This document shows positions 8,951 through 18,370 of a stretch of 39,323 nucleotides of DNA, piece after piece; positions within the stretch are counted from its first letter, which is position 1, and each line of letters starts with the position of its first letter. Location of the stretch: NCBI GenBank assembly GCA_958354085.1, contig CATWUX010000001.1, positions 1 to 39,323 on the forward strand, written 5' to 3'. A program made the translations under genes and the position numbers. The notes beneath the pieces are model-generated. The model was not told the origin of the DNA, made no database searches, and saw only the letters and a list, made by a program, of their open reading frames with translations. The DNA comes from an uncultured Oscillospiraceae bacterium. Lineage in GTDB: Bacteria > Bacillota > Clostridia > Oscillospirales > Acutalibacteraceae.

Positions 8951-10047
8951 CCGATTTCCTCCTCACTCATGGCGTCCGTACTGACGATGGCCAGACGGAT
9001 CTCGGCTTTTCCGGGATGATTCGCATCCGGCACATTGTTTACAGCATACAGCTTTGTACCATCCTCAGAAAAAGCAAAACTATTGCTGTATGCATACCCA
9101 TTCGCCGGATGCGGCAACGGATGGCCGGTGGTGTGCCAGGTGTGCCCCTGATCGTGGCTGATAAAATATTCCGAACCGGTTTTGCTTTCACCGGTGCGCA
9201 TGAACGACGCGCTCACGACCAGCGTATGATTCACCGGCGAATATCCGCAAAACGGTGCAGAACCCATCGTTTTTCCATCAACGCTTTCCAGCAAAGTACC
9301 CAGCGAGGTCGTATCGCCCCAATCCAATCCGTCCGGCGAACGCTTGTAATGAATAGGATTGCCGTCCAAACCGACTACCTCGACCACCATAAAATACGAA
9401 CCGTCTTCCAGACGGGTAACCACGGGCATTCCGGGGCGATGCGTCGGATCGGAAGAAGCGATCACGGTTACCGGATCACTCCAATGATAGCCGTCCCGTG
9501 TAGTTTTGTACATGATTTTTTGACTGTACATCTCCGCCTGACTTTCATCGGAATAGTAGCATACCAGCGTATTATCATCCAGCAAAATCAGGAAACCCTC
9601 CCAGACTCCGTGACCAACCCGATTACCATGGTTATAGTTCCCGCCCTGTACGACGCTGGACAGCCACGACCATGTATACCCACCGTCGCGGCTTGCATAC
9701 AGCTGAATAATGCTGTTGTCCTCGTCAATAGAAGTGCCGAGCAGCAGGATGGTGCCCGCCGGCAGATCACCGCAGGCACGAGGCAGTTCAAACAAGGTCG
9801 GGTTCCAGATCGGCGACAGACCGCTCACTTCCTCCCGTACATGTGCGATTTTTTCCCATGTACACCCATCATCGGCACTGCGTAAAATCCAAAAGCCGCA
9901 CAACTGATCCGGCACACGATTTTCCTCATAAGTCGCCAGCAAAACGCCCGGCTGCCCATGCAAAGGCAAAATACGCGCATACTGCACACCGATTCCGGCG
10001 GCATTAGCCGGCGGTCGTACCACCAAAGTCGTTGATTCCACTCTCAT
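8947..10047 (-). CDS. BNR/Asp-box beta-propeller paralogue, cytoplasmic (no signal peptide, no anchor)
   Basis: 366 aa. Asp-boxes: LRSADDGCTW, YASRDGGYTW, TTRDGYHW, RSPDGLDW, ISHDQGHTW. It shares the blocks GVWEGFL, CYYSDES, SQKIMY and RPGMPVVTRL with its neighbours. It starts 3 nt after the upstream stop. Confidence 0.85.
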   Translation of the reverse strand: MRVESTTLVVRPPANAAGIGVQYARILPLHGQPGVLLATYEENRVPDQLCGFWILRSADDGCTWEKIAHVREEVSGLSPIWNPTLFELPRACGDLPAGTILLLGTSIDEDNSIIQLYASRDGGYTWSWLSSVVQGGNYNHGNRVGHGVWEGFLILLDDNTLVCYYSDESQAEMYSQKIMYKTTRDGYHWSDPVTVIASSDPTHRPGMPVVTRLEDGSYFMVVEVVGLDGNPIHYKRSPDGLDWGDTTSLGTLLESVDGKTMGSAPFCGYSPVNHTLVVSASFMRTGESKTGSEYFISHDQGHTWHTTGHPLPHPANGYAYSNSFAFSEDGTKLYAVNNVPDANHPGKAEIRLAIVSTDAMSEEEIG

Positions 10048-10050
10048 TTT

Positions 10051-11637
10051 TTATTCCTTTCTGCTGCGACGAAAATATCGCGTAAACGTTACGGCCATCA
10101 CGACACCGCCGGCTGCAATCATCCCCAGACCGATTAACGTTAAGGGTAAATCCCACGGGTTCGCCGCTGCGGTATCCGCTGTCTGGGTGGTCACAGGCAA
10201 GCTGTTGGGCAAGGAGCTTGTGTAGGCGCTGGATGCGCTTCCGACGGTGTATGTAGTGCTCGTGTTTGTTGCTTCGGACGGCGCCGCTGTCGAACCGCCG
10301 TGGGAGCGATGTGCAGTCGTACTGCTTCCTTGCGTGCGGCTTGTCGTACTTCCCGAGCTCGTTGCAGTCGTGACATTGGAAGAAAACGCCGGCTGATTTT
10401 CCGGCAGCGAGGCTGCCCCCTGCACCAGTTCAACCAAGGCAAATTCAATGCGTGCCCGTGCATTTCGTCCTTCCGCCGGTGTCACCCCGTTCGGATCCGT
10501 CGGATTGTTCAGAACAAAAAGCAGCTTTCCGTCTGCCGACAGTGCCATGGGGCTGCTGTAACCGGCATAACGCTGGTCGTACGGAATCGGGTGAGCAGTC
10601 GTGCTCCAGCTCGCACCGTAATCCGTGCTGACGAAATAATCCGTTCCCGTTTGACTTTGACCGCTGCGCATAAAGGTACCGCCGACAAAGAGTGTTCCGC
10701 AGCTGCCTCCGACCGGCGACCAGATACAATACGGCGCAGAACCAAGCGTTTTACCGCCGCTGGCGAGTATCGTGCCGGTTGAAGCAACATCGCCCCAGTA
10801 TTTTCCATCGTTTGAAAATTTGCAACAAATCGGGTTGCCGTTACCGGTTTCGTTGTTCACCAGCTCATACACCATGAAATAGCATCCATCACCCATTCGC
10901 GTGATGATCGGCATACCGGGGCGATCGCTTTGTTTCGGTGAAGCTATTACATCCACCGGATGACTCCAGGAACGCCCATCCAGACTGCTGCGATAAACGA
11001 TTTTTTGGCTGTGCGCCAAATTTTCAGTGGAATCGGAATAGTAGCAAAGCAATTCGCCGTCCACCATCAATAAAAACGGCTCCCACACGCCGGTCTCCAA
11101 ACCGCCGCCGACCGCAATCGTAGATAAAAAACTCCAGCTATATCCGCCATCGGTGCTCTGATACAGCTGTAGGCAGCTGTGTTGGCTGTGTGCGGCATCC
11201 ACCGAGCATCCGGCAAGCAGAATCGTTCCCTTCTTTAAATTCCCGCAATCCTCCGGCAACTCATATAAAAACGGCTGCCATTCCGCCTGCTGCGACGAGG
11301 TGTTTACCGGATCATAAACCGTTGTGATATATGACCATGTTTTTCCGAGATCCGCACTGCGATAAATCGGATACCCGGGCGAGCCGGGGCCAATCCCGGC
11401 CTTGCCTTCTTCAAAAGTAGCTAAAAAGACATTGTTTTCGCCGCGGGTGCTGTTGTGCAATTGCAGCAGACGCGGATATCCTACGCCGCTCCCCCACCAT
11501 CCGGCAGGCACCTTATCCCGCACCACAGAGCTTCGCAGCGGAGAAGCGGACAAAGCCGCCGCTGTTCCGATCAGAATCCCCGCTGTCATAACGACTGCCA
11601 GCAATCTTCTCATTCCCTGTTGAAACGTATTTTGCAT
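10051..11637 (-). CDS. BNR/Asp-box beta-propeller paralogue, signal peptide + C-terminal TM anchor
   Basis: The ORF extends to 11676. ATG 11637 (MQNTFQQGMRRLLAVVMTAGILIGTAAALSA) follows AAAGGAA at 7 nt. Asp-boxes: YRSADLGKTW, YQSTDGGYSW, SSLDGRSW, FSNDGKYW, VSTDYGASW. A Ser/Thr-rich linker, a TM helix and RRSRKE follow. Confidence 0.85.
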   Translation of the reverse strand: MQNTFQQGMRRLLAVVMTAGILIGTAAALSASPLRSSVVRDKVPAGWWGSGVGYPRLLQLHNSTRGENNVFLATFEEGKAGIGPGSPGYPIYRSADLGKTWSYITTVYDPVNTSSQQAEWQPFLYELPEDCGNLKKGTILLAGCSVDAAHSQHSCLQLYQSTDGGYSWSFLSTIAVGGGLETGVWEPFLLMVDGELLCYYSDSTENLAHSQKIVYRSSLDGRSWSHPVDVIASPKQSDRPGMPIITRMGDGCYFMVYELVNNETGNGNPICCKFSNDGKYWGDVASTGTILASGGKTLGSAPYCIWSPVGGSCGTLFVGGTFMRSGQSQTGTDYFVSTDYGASWSTTAHPIPYDQRYAGYSSPMALSADGKLLFVLNNPTDPNGVTPAEGRNARARIEFALVELVQGAASLPENQPAFSSNVTTATSSGSTTSRTQGSSTTAHRSHGGSTAAPSEATNTSTTYTVGSASSAYTSSLPNSLPVTTQTADTAAANPWDLPLTLIGLGMIAAGGVVMAVTFTRYFRRSRKE

Positions 11638-11716
11638 GAGTGATTCCTTTCTATGGCAAGAAAAAACGTCGGCCACGACTTGCGCAGTCGGCGTTTTCTC
11701 AGCCCCTTTGGGACGC

Positions 11717-12847
11717 TTATGATTCTGTTGTATCCGTTGGCTTCTTTCCGGCTTTTCTCAGGATCAAAGCGGCTGCCACAGCGCCGCCCATAATCAGGAC
11801 ACCGCAGATCACCAACACAATCGGAAGAGCAGCATTGGGATTAGTGTCCGCCTGCGTCGCTTTTGTCGTCGTTGAAGCGGCGGACGACGCATTTGTCGCA
11901 GTGGCCGTGCCGCCGGATGTTTGCACCGGGGACTCCGAAACCGTTGTGTTCTCCGACGCATCAGAGGCAGCCGTGCTATCGCCGTTCTGAACGGATACGG
12001 TAGTGGCACTGTCGCCTCTATTTTCCGTGGTAACAGTCGTGTTCGGCGTATCCGTCGACATGCCGGGAATGGACAGCTTTTTGGGAGTCGGATCGGCTTT
12101 GTTAACAATGGAAGGCGCTCCGATCTCCATGTTCGACAGAACCGTGTTGCCAGCCCAGGATTGCCACTGGAAATCACCGGACGGTACATAGTTTTGCGCC
12201 GTATCAATGGTTGCCTGCAATGTCGGCACAGAGGGCATGGCGGTGCCGGCTTTATAGAACCACACTTTCACGTTGTTTTCGATCATCTGGATTTTCACAC
12301 GATAGGTAACGCCGATTTCAAACGTAAAATCTACATGCGCCAACGGCTTGTCAAAAATGCCGCCCGCATACAAGCCTAAACCCGGCTCTACCTTCTCCGA
12401 TACCGAAGAACCGATCATCATCAGCATATAGCTGTCCCATTCGTTTTCCTGACGGCTGCGAAACATCGCCCGATCCTGAATCCACTCGTTTTTTAGGGTG
12501 GTATAATCGAATGACCACCCGAAGTCGGTCATATAAAAATCCTGCACTTCTCCCTGCGCCGGCGGCGCGGTAATCCCATTTTTGGTACGCAACAGCATGT
12601 TGGAATCCAACATGGTATCTCCCTTGCCGTCGACATAATCCGGCGACATCAGGCTTCCGCCCTTATCGGCGATACAATATAATGTGCCTTCCGCTTCATT
12701 GTACTGAAATTTTGAACCGCGACCGGAAGTTCCCTCTCGTACAAACCAGGACAGCGGATCGCTGGTAATCGCCGCCTGTGCCGGCAATGCGAGGATCGCC
12801 GCCAGCAGTGTAACCGCACTAAGCCATACTGCCAAACGCTTTTTCAT
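11717..12847 (-). CDS. secreted membrane-anchored protein with one jelly-roll (DUF1080/LamG-like) domain
   Basis: 376 aa. GAGGAGG lies upstream and overlaps the previous stop. Signal peptide MKKRLAVWLSAVTLLAAILALPAQA. The block YRVKIQMIENNVKVWFYKAG...FQWQSWAGNTVLSNMEI resembles the repeats of the 498-aa protein. A Ser/Thr-rich linker plus a TM helix follow. Confidence 0.8.
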   Translation of the reverse strand: MKKRLAVWLSAVTLLAAILALPAQAAITSDPLSWFVREGTSGRGSKFQYNEAEGTLYCIADKGGSLMSPDYVDGKGDTMLDSNMLLRTKNGITAPPAQGEVQDFYMTDFGWSFDYTTLKNEWIQDRAMFRSRQENEWDSYMLMMIGSSVSEKVEPGLGLYAGGIFDKPLAHVDFTFEIGVTYRVKIQMIENNVKVWFYKAGTAMPSVPTLQATIDTAQNYVPSGDFQWQSWAGNTVLSNMEIGAPSIVNKADPTPKKLSIPGMSTDTPNTTVTTENRGDSATTVSVQNGDSTAASDASENTTVSESPVQTSGGTATATNASSAASTTTKATQADTNPNAALPIVLVICGVLIMGGAVAAALILRKAGKKPTDTTES

Positions 12848-12859
12848 GTTTGCTCCTCC

Positions 12860-13786
12860 TCAGCTATTTTTCTTTTTCACTGCCAGAAAAACGATGACAC
12901 CGCCGCCGATCAGGATAACAGCCGTTGCGGCAATCACAACCGGAATCCACGGAAAAACGAAATCATTATTTACGGTCGTTGCACCGGACGTTGTTGCAGC
13001 CGTCTCCCCGCCTACGGTAGTGCTCGTCGTGGTCGCCGCGCTTGTCGGCGTGGGGTCGGGGCCGTTGCCGGTATACCCAACGACTTTCAAATCGTCTACT
13101 GAGAAGTTCGCTCCCCAGGAGCAAAATGCGATAGTGCCGCCCTGAAAACGGTTTTCCTCATCCGTCATGTACACGCACAACTTATCGTTGACATACACCG
13201 AAATCTTGTTGGCGCGGCGGCTCATCTTAACGTTGTACCAAATGCCGTCGTTAAACTCAAAGCCTTCGTTCTCCATTCCCTCCACCAGCGGATTGTTCAA
13301 ATCATTCAAGCCGATATCGTTTTCTTTGATTGCGATCTTACCGCGCCATTGCCACATCTCAAACATGTAGCAGGCATTCTCCCATTTGCCGTCTTGCGCG
13401 ACTGTGCATATCTTGATCCAGTTATGATCCGGATTTTTGATATAATCCGGGCGTACCCGCAACGTGTAATCCCAGTCGCCCTCCATGTTCAGCGCCAGCG
13501 ATCCATCCTCCGCCATAGGTCCCCAAAAATGCAGATAACCATTTGCCTCATCCCCGTTATTGGTTACCAACTGCAAAAACTTATTGCCGTTTTCCTCCAC
13601 GATAGAGCTCGTACCGTCATTTTCGGGATTGGTATTGATAAACTCGTTTTTTCCGCTTTCAAAATTCTGCTCATACAGCACTTGTCCGGCATTCTCTGCC
13701 GCTGCCGCCATCGGCAGTATAAGGCTCATGGACAGCGCGGCTATTCCAGCCAGCGCCAACGACCGCTTTTTCATGTTCGTTTTCAT
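12860..13786 (-). CDS. secreted membrane-anchored DUF1080 (3-keto-disaccharide-hydrolase-like) / LamG-like jelly-roll protein
   Basis: 308 aa with a signal peptide ending PMAAAAEN. The core WYNVKMSRRANKISVYVNDKLCVYMTDEENRFQGGTIAFCSWGANFSVDDLKVVG fits the ...yxlxixxxgxxixxyxNgxxv...GxIGxxxxxxxxxFxNxxV pattern. A Thr-rich linker, a TM helix and KKKNS follow. Confidence 0.8.
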   Translation of the reverse strand: MKTNMKKRSLALAGIAALSMSLILPMAAAAENAGQVLYEQNFESGKNEFINTNPENDGTSSIVEENGNKFLQLVTNNGDEANGYLHFWGPMAEDGSLALNMEGDWDYTLRVRPDYIKNPDHNWIKICTVAQDGKWENACYMFEMWQWRGKIAIKENDIGLNDLNNPLVEGMENEGFEFNDGIWYNVKMSRRANKISVYVNDKLCVYMTDEENRFQGGTIAFCSWGANFSVDDLKVVGYTGNGPDPTPTSAATTTSTTVGGETAATTSGATTVNNDFVFPWIPVVIAATAVILIGGGVIVFLAVKKKNS

Positions 13787-13806
13787 CCTTTCACCGTGTA
13801 GATTCG

Positions 13807-15141
13807 TTATTCTTTGTTGGCAAGATCAATATTTGCCTGCAAAATCGGCGCATATTTTTCCACCGTGCTGGACCATGGGGTTTCAAACAATCCGACATCG
13901 CTCCACATGTTCCACATGCCTTCATCCGACGCCCAGTTGCCGATGCTCGCCTGCTGCGAAAACGCGAGCGTAAATTTGGAAGAATTCATTTCATCCTGCA
14001 GCGCAAACATTTCATCCGTATAGCCATACAGCGTCTTGTTCTTTTCACGCAGACGCGCACGCTGCGTTTCATCAATCGCCAGATAGCGGCATACCGACAG
14101 ATAGGCCATCGCTCCGCCGGGGTTGGCGCAGTTGGCGCCTACCCACGAGGTTTCGGCGCGGCCGCTGACATAGTATTTATCGGTACCGTCCACTTGCGGC
14201 GAGGGCGCAAATTCAATTTCACCGGATTTAATCTGCTCGCCCAAAGTCCCCATCAACCATGCCTCATACCACAGCATCGCGGTCTTTTTGGCATTAAAGT
14301 CCGCAATCACGTTGTATGCCATCAAACGGCTGTTGTCTACTGCGCTGCTGGTATTATACAAAAAATCAAAATACGGATTAAGACCCGGATCGCGCAGATT
14401 CATAACCCATTTCCCATTCTCATCCTTTTTAACCAGATCTGTACCAACGCAGTTCCATGTTTCTCCCGGATGCATTGCTATACCGTACATATCCACCAAG
14501 CCATCGCGATCGCTGTCGATCGTAACCTGTTTCATAAGCTCGCGCAGATCGGATAGCTTCCATTGACCCGCTTTATATTTTTCCAGCGGCGTCTGGAGCC
14601 CTGCATCGGTAAACACATTTTTCCAGTAGTATATGTAACTGTTATTGATTGCCTCGTGTACGCATAGGTAATATTTTCCGTTATAGGCAAACTGATCATT
14701 GATCTCTTTTGCACCAGACCACAAAGGATCGTTGAAATCAATGTAGCTGCTCATATCCTGTACCAAATTTTGTTTAATAAAATTATTGTAATCCTGTGGC
14801 CGATAGAAAATCAGTTCAGGAGAATTGCCACCCAAGACTAAAGAGGCCGCTTTCGTCGGCAGCTCATCATAGGTCGTACGAACAATCTCCAACTCACAAT
14901 TGTAATTCTGTTTCAGCAGTGTATTCACTTCATATAAATATTCCTCTTGATTCGTCAAGGCGCTTTTGCTGTTCCAACACAGCCACTTAACCGTCGGAGC
15001 GGAAATCGTATATTCCGGGAGCTTCAACTCAGCAGCCGTACCGCTTCCGGCTTCACTGCTGCTGTCGCTTGTTGCATTGCCGCAAGCGGTCATTAACGTG
15101 AACAAGGATATTGCCAATAAAACTGCTAAAACTCTCTTCAT
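13807..15141 (-). CDS. sugar ABC transporter substrate-binding lipoprotein (family 1 SBP), no cognate permeases adjacent
   Basis: The ORF extends to 15165. ATG 15141 is 9 nt after AAAGGAG. The lipobox is LFTLMTAC-GN. Length and W/Y-rich composition are typical of extracellular solute-binding proteins. Confidence 0.85.
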   Translation of the reverse strand: MKRVLAVLLAISLFTLMTACGNATSDSSSEAGSGTAAELKLPEYTISAPTVKWLCWNSKSALTNQEEYLYEVNTLLKQNYNCELEIVRTTYDELPTKAASLVLGGNSPELIFYRPQDYNNFIKQNLVQDMSSYIDFNDPLWSGAKEINDQFAYNGKYYLCVHEAINNSYIYYWKNVFTDAGLQTPLEKYKAGQWKLSDLRELMKQVTIDSDRDGLVDMYGIAMHPGETWNCVGTDLVKKDENGKWVMNLRDPGLNPYFDFLYNTSSAVDNSRLMAYNVIADFNAKKTAMLWYEAWLMGTLGEQIKSGEIEFAPSPQVDGTDKYYVSGRAETSWVGANCANPGGAMAYLSVCRYLAIDETQRARLREKNKTLYGYTDEMFALQDEMNSSKFTLAFSQQASIGNWASDEGMWNMWSDVGLFETPWSSTVEKYAPILQANIDLANKE

Positions 15142-15276
15142 CTTCTGCATCTCCTTTAGTATCACTCAAATTTGTAAACACTAGCAACAATAGGTTTCAT
15201 TCCGAGCATCCGGCATCGCCCTCCGACTCATTGCTTTTTTAAGCAACTAGTTAGAAGCTCTTCATGAACTAATTTC

Positions 15277-15305
15277 ATATTAGCAGAGGTGCCTGATTTT
15301 GTCTA
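15277..15305 (-). promoter_or_regulatory. promoter candidate for glycan locus A
   Basis: On the minus strand, TAGACA (15300-15305), a 17-nt spacer, then TAATAT (15277-15282). This would give a 5' UTR of about 130 nt. Confidence 0.35.
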
Positions 15306-15419
15306 TATATTTTTACTAGTTTTAAATCGCAAAAACACTACTTTTTAAGTACATCTTTTATCAGATTTTTTTCAACTCTTTTTTGTAACCAAAGGATAGC
15401 GTGCAAAGCATGAAGATAC

Positions 15420-15466
15420 AAAAAAGCCATCTGATGCCGATTCTTGAACGGCATCAGACGGCTTAA
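15420..15466 (-). terminator. rho-independent terminator of the B12-importer operon
   Basis: On the minus strand, GCCGTCTGATGCCG-ttcaagaat-CGGCATCAGATGGC followed by TTTTTT. The stem is 14 bp with one G-U pair and lies about 30 nt after the ATPase stop. Confidence 0.85.
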
Positions 15467-15496
15467 AATAAATTTTAATAAACCATGCTTTTGAGA

Positions 15497-16264
15497 CTAG
15501 CGTAAATTTTCCCAGATTTGAAGCGATTCCCGCATATAGTTTCCGACATTCATCTTGTAAACCGGTTCCAGAACAGACGAGACCAAAACCTGCTCCGGCG
15601 TACCGATCGCTTCGATCTTTCCGCCATTCATAAGCAGAATACGCTCGGAGAGTCTTACAGCAAGATTGATATCGTGAAGAACGCCGATAATGCTTTTTTC
15701 GCTCTCCTTGGCCCAATCTTTTAAAAAATCGATCAATTCGATCTGAAAATATAAATCCAAATGATTGGTCGGCTCGTCAAGAAGAATGATTTCCGGTTCC
15801 TGCACCAGCGCTTTGGCTAAGAGCACCCGCTGAAGTTGGCCGCCGGAAAGCGTCATGATGCTCTTTTCCCGTATATCCAGCAATCCCACTGCCTGCAAAG
15901 CCTGCTCAACGGCCTCCCGGTCACTCTTGTCAAAATCGGATAAAAGGCGCTGCTTTTTTTTGGCGTACCGCCCCATCATCACCGTGTCATAAACCGAATA
16001 ATCAAAATAGAGCGTCGTGATCTGGCTGAACAGGGCGATTTTCCCCGCCAGCCGTTTGCGGTTCATATTTTTAACCGATTCATTATCAATTTGAATGTCG
16101 CCGCAGAACGGAATAATATTGGCAATCGTGCGAAGCAAGGTCGTTTTTCCGCAGCCGTTCGGCCCGATAATGGACAGATTTTCGCCCCTTGGCACCTGAA
16201 AGGAGACACCGTGTAAAACGTCGTGTTCATCATAGCCGGCGGTCACGTTTTGTACGCTAAGCAT
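15497..16264 (-). CDS. ABC transporter ATP-binding protein (FecE/BtuD-type)
   Basis: Walker A GPNGCGKTT, signature LSGGQLQRV and Walker B IILLDEP. ATG 16264 overlaps the permease stop by 8 nt. Confidence 0.9.
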   Translation of the reverse strand: MLSVQNVTAGYDEHDVLHGVSFQVPRGENLSIIGPNGCGKTTLLRTIANIIPFCGDIQIDNESVKNMNRKRLAGKIALFSQITTLYFDYSVYDTVMMGRYAKKKQRLLSDFDKSDREAVEQALQAVGLLDIREKSIMTLSGGQLQRVLLAKALVQEPEIILLDEPTNHLDLYFQIELIDFLKDWAKESEKSIIGVLHDINLAVRLSERILLMNGGKIEAIGTPEQVLVSSVLEPVYKMNVGNYMRESLQIWENLR

Positions 16265-17282
16265 TCTTTTTACCGCCCTTTCCATGAAAATAGAGGTAAA
16301 TGAAGAAAGGGGCTCCGATCGCGGCGGTGACCGCGCCGACCGGCAATTCGACCGGTGCAGTCACCGTACGCGCGACCAGATCGCACAGCGTCATAAAAAT
16401 ACCGCCCATAATCGCCGCAGCCGGAATGACCAACTTGTGCTGTGAGCCAAAAATACGGCGCGCCATATGGGGAGTGAACAAATCCACAAAGCCGATAACA
16501 CCGGCGATCGAAACAGCACAGCCGGTGAGAATGGCGCTGACAGCCAGCAGCAGCCACTTCACCTTCAGAACGTTCACGCCGGACGCTTTGGCCTGTTCTT
16601 CTCCGAACGTCATCAGATCCATCTCACGCGAAAAATACAATACCGTGAGGATCCCGATAAGCGCGATCGGAAACAGCAGTGTCGGATGCATCCAATCCTT
16701 GAGGGCAAAGCTGCCGAGCTGCCAAAAGGTGATTTGTTGGGCAGATTTTTTGGCAAAGGTCATGATGAACGCAATAATCGCGTTGGCGAACATGGAAAAC
16801 GCCATACCGGTTAGAATGATCGTCATATTGCTCAAGGATTTATCCAGTTTGGCGGCCAGGGCAACCGCGGCAAAAACCGTAAGGAGACCAAACGTCAGCC
16901 CAAAAAACGGGAGCGTTAAAACACCGAAAAAATTCACTCCCAATAAGATGGCGATACTGGCGCCCACGGCGGCTCCCGAGGAAATGCCAAGCGTATACGA
17001 GGATGCCAGCGGGTTGCGCAGGACCGACTGTGTAAGCACACCGCTGACCGACAGCATCCCGCCGACGATGAATGCCAGCAGCGCGCGCGGCAAACGGATA
17101 TTCAGCAAAATGACGGCATGGGATTCCGGCGGCGGAACAGCAAACTCCGCGCCGAAAAGCCGGGAGGCGACGATTTTGAAAATATCCGACGGTGCAATAA
17201 AAACGCTTCCTAACCCGACCGCCAACAACAAAATCAGCAAAGCGGCAACAATTAAAATCAAAAATTTGATCGCTTTACGCAT
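16257..17282 (-). CDS. FecCD/BtuC-family ABC permease (iron-chelate / corrinoid type)
   Basis: 341-aa highly hydrophobic ORF with the typical FecCD layout (LGSVFI..., RLPRALLAFIVGGMLSVSGVLTQSVLRNPLASSYTLGISSGA). Confidence 0.9.
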   Translation of the reverse strand: MRKAIKFLILIVAALLILLLAVGLGSVFIAPSDIFKIVASRLFGAEFAVPPPESHAVILLNIRLPRALLAFIVGGMLSVSGVLTQSVLRNPLASSYTLGISSGAAVGASIAILLGVNFFGVLTLPFFGLTFGLLTVFAAVALAAKLDKSLSNMTIILTGMAFSMFANAIIAFIMTFAKKSAQQITFWQLGSFALKDWMHPTLLFPIALIGILTVLYFSREMDLMTFGEEQAKASGVNVLKVKWLLLAVSAILTGCAVSIAGVIGFVDLFTPHMARRIFGSQHKLVIPAAAIMGGIFMTLCDLVARTVTAPVELPVGAVTAAIGAPFFIYLYFHGKGGKKNA

Positions 17283-17292
17283 TTACGCAACA

Positions 17293-18261
17293 TCAGTCCT
17301 TATACAGATCCGGATAAACGGCCTTGGCCATTTGCTGCAACGCTTTAATAATGTTGTGCGACGGCAGAGAGCTGGCGTTATTATCAATATAATAGACCTG
17401 TTTGTTTTTCACCGCTGCGATACCGCTCCAATTGCTCCGAGACAGCACATCGCCCACCGGATCCGCCATATAGCCGGCATTGGTGAAGATCACGTCCGGA
17501 TTAGCGGTGATCACCGCCTCCTCCGATACGGAGATCCAGCTGGACTGGTCGGCAAACACGTTTTTGACGCCCACAATTTCGATCATCTCATTGAGGAACG
17601 TATCGGTCCCGAAGGTATACAGCGCCGGTTCCGAACCGATCTCAAAATAAACGGTCTTTTTCTCCGTAACAGAGGCCACCGCCTGCTTGATCTTGTCAAT
17701 TTCGCTCTGCATCGAGTTTACAAAAGCCTGCGCTTTCTCGGTTTGTCCGGTTACGTTGCCGATGAAGAGGATGCTTTTCTTGATTTCTTCGACACTGTTG
17801 GCGGACGGAATTTCTGCAACGCAAATACCGGCGTCCCGCACAGGTTTAAAAACATCTTCGCCGTTCAAATTGCTCATGCCGCTCACGAACACCACATCGG
17901 CATGTTGCGCGATAATTTGCTCGGTATCCGGCGTCATCTGGTCAAACTGCGGCACATCCGTCGGCGCACCCTCGATCGACGTGGAATACGTATCAATCGC
18001 CACCAGCTTATCCGCCAACCCTAAAGCCACGAGAATATCGGTGTTGGAAGCGGCCAGAGAAATGATCTTGTCCGCTTTTTGCGGAACGGTAATGGGGTTG
18101 CCCGCCAGATCTTCCGTAATTTGCGGAACGGTGCTGGAGGTCGAGGTGGTGGTTCCGGCAGAAGAGGAGCCGGAGGAGGAATTGTCTTGTGTGTTTTGAC
18201 AACCGGCCAGGCTGGCTGCCATCAGGGCAGCGGCAAGAAATGCAATAAGGCTTTTTTTCAT
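17293..18261 (-). CDS. periplasmic-binding-protein type 2 lipoprotein (BtuF/FecB-like), probable corrinoid binding
   Basis: The ORF extends to 18435 over the riboswitch expression platform. ATG 18261 lies 8 nt after AAGGAG and gives MKKSLIAFLAAALMAASLAGC (lipobox). It sits downstream of a cobalamin riboswitch. Confidence 0.85.
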   Translation of the reverse strand: MKKSLIAFLAAALMAASLAGCQNTQDNSSSGSSSAGTTTSTSSTVPQITEDLAGNPITVPQKADKIISLAASNTDILVALGLADKLVAIDTYSTSIEGAPTDVPQFDQMTPDTEQIIAQHADVVFVSGMSNLNGEDVFKPVRDAGICVAEIPSANSVEEIKKSILFIGNVTGQTEKAQAFVNSMQSEIDKIKQAVASVTEKKTVYFEIGSEPALYTFGTDTFLNEMIEIVGVKNVFADQSSWISVSEEAVITANPDVIFTNAGYMADPVGDVLSRSNWSGIAAVKNKQVYYIDNNASSLPSHNIIKALQQMAKAVYPDLYKD

Positions 18262-18333
18262 TTGAATACGCTCCTTTGTGTGATGTTTGGACTGCAAAAA
18301 CAAGGACTTTGCGAGTTCCACCTTTTCAACAGG

Positions 18334-18370
18334 AAAAGATCCCTGTCCGATAGGCAGACAAGGATCTTTT
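18334..18370 (-). terminator. riboswitch expression-platform terminator (attenuator)
   Basis: On the minus strand, AAAAGATCCtTGTC-tgcctatcg-GACAgGGATCTTTT followed by CCTGTT. It lies between the aptamer and the SBP start codon. Confidence 0.7.

Noticed and set aside
7502-11637. Calling the three tandem propellers nanH (GH33 sialidase)
   Set aside because: Asp-boxes alone do not define sialidases. The conserved WEPF/RPGM blocks look different from GH33, and no sialic-acid catabolic gene is in that operon. They are left as sialidase-fold, family unresolved.
11650-11700. Terminator between the 376-aa gene and the first propeller gene
   Set aside because: The stem is only about 5-7 bp, imperfect, and followed by TTTTTT. 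The flanking genes look co-transcribed, so this is at most a weak attenuator.
15245-15321. Repeated ACTAGTT elements (AACTAGTT at 15245-15252, ACTAGTT at 15315-15321, AACTAATT at 15267-15274) as an operator set for locus A
   Set aside because: They are short, AT-rich and imperfect, in an AT-rich intergenic region, and could easily arise by chance. Noted only.
15372-15716. 114-aa minus-strand ORF
   Set aside because: It overlaps the 3' end of the ABC ATPase gene in another frame and runs through the operon terminator. No RBS or motif.
16300-18024. 574-aa plus-strand ORF
   Set aside because: It is entirely antisense to the FecCD permease and the binding-protein genes, which have strong family signatures. 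It has low-complexity, Arg/Ala-rich composition, no RBS and no recognisable motif. It is a shadow ORF.
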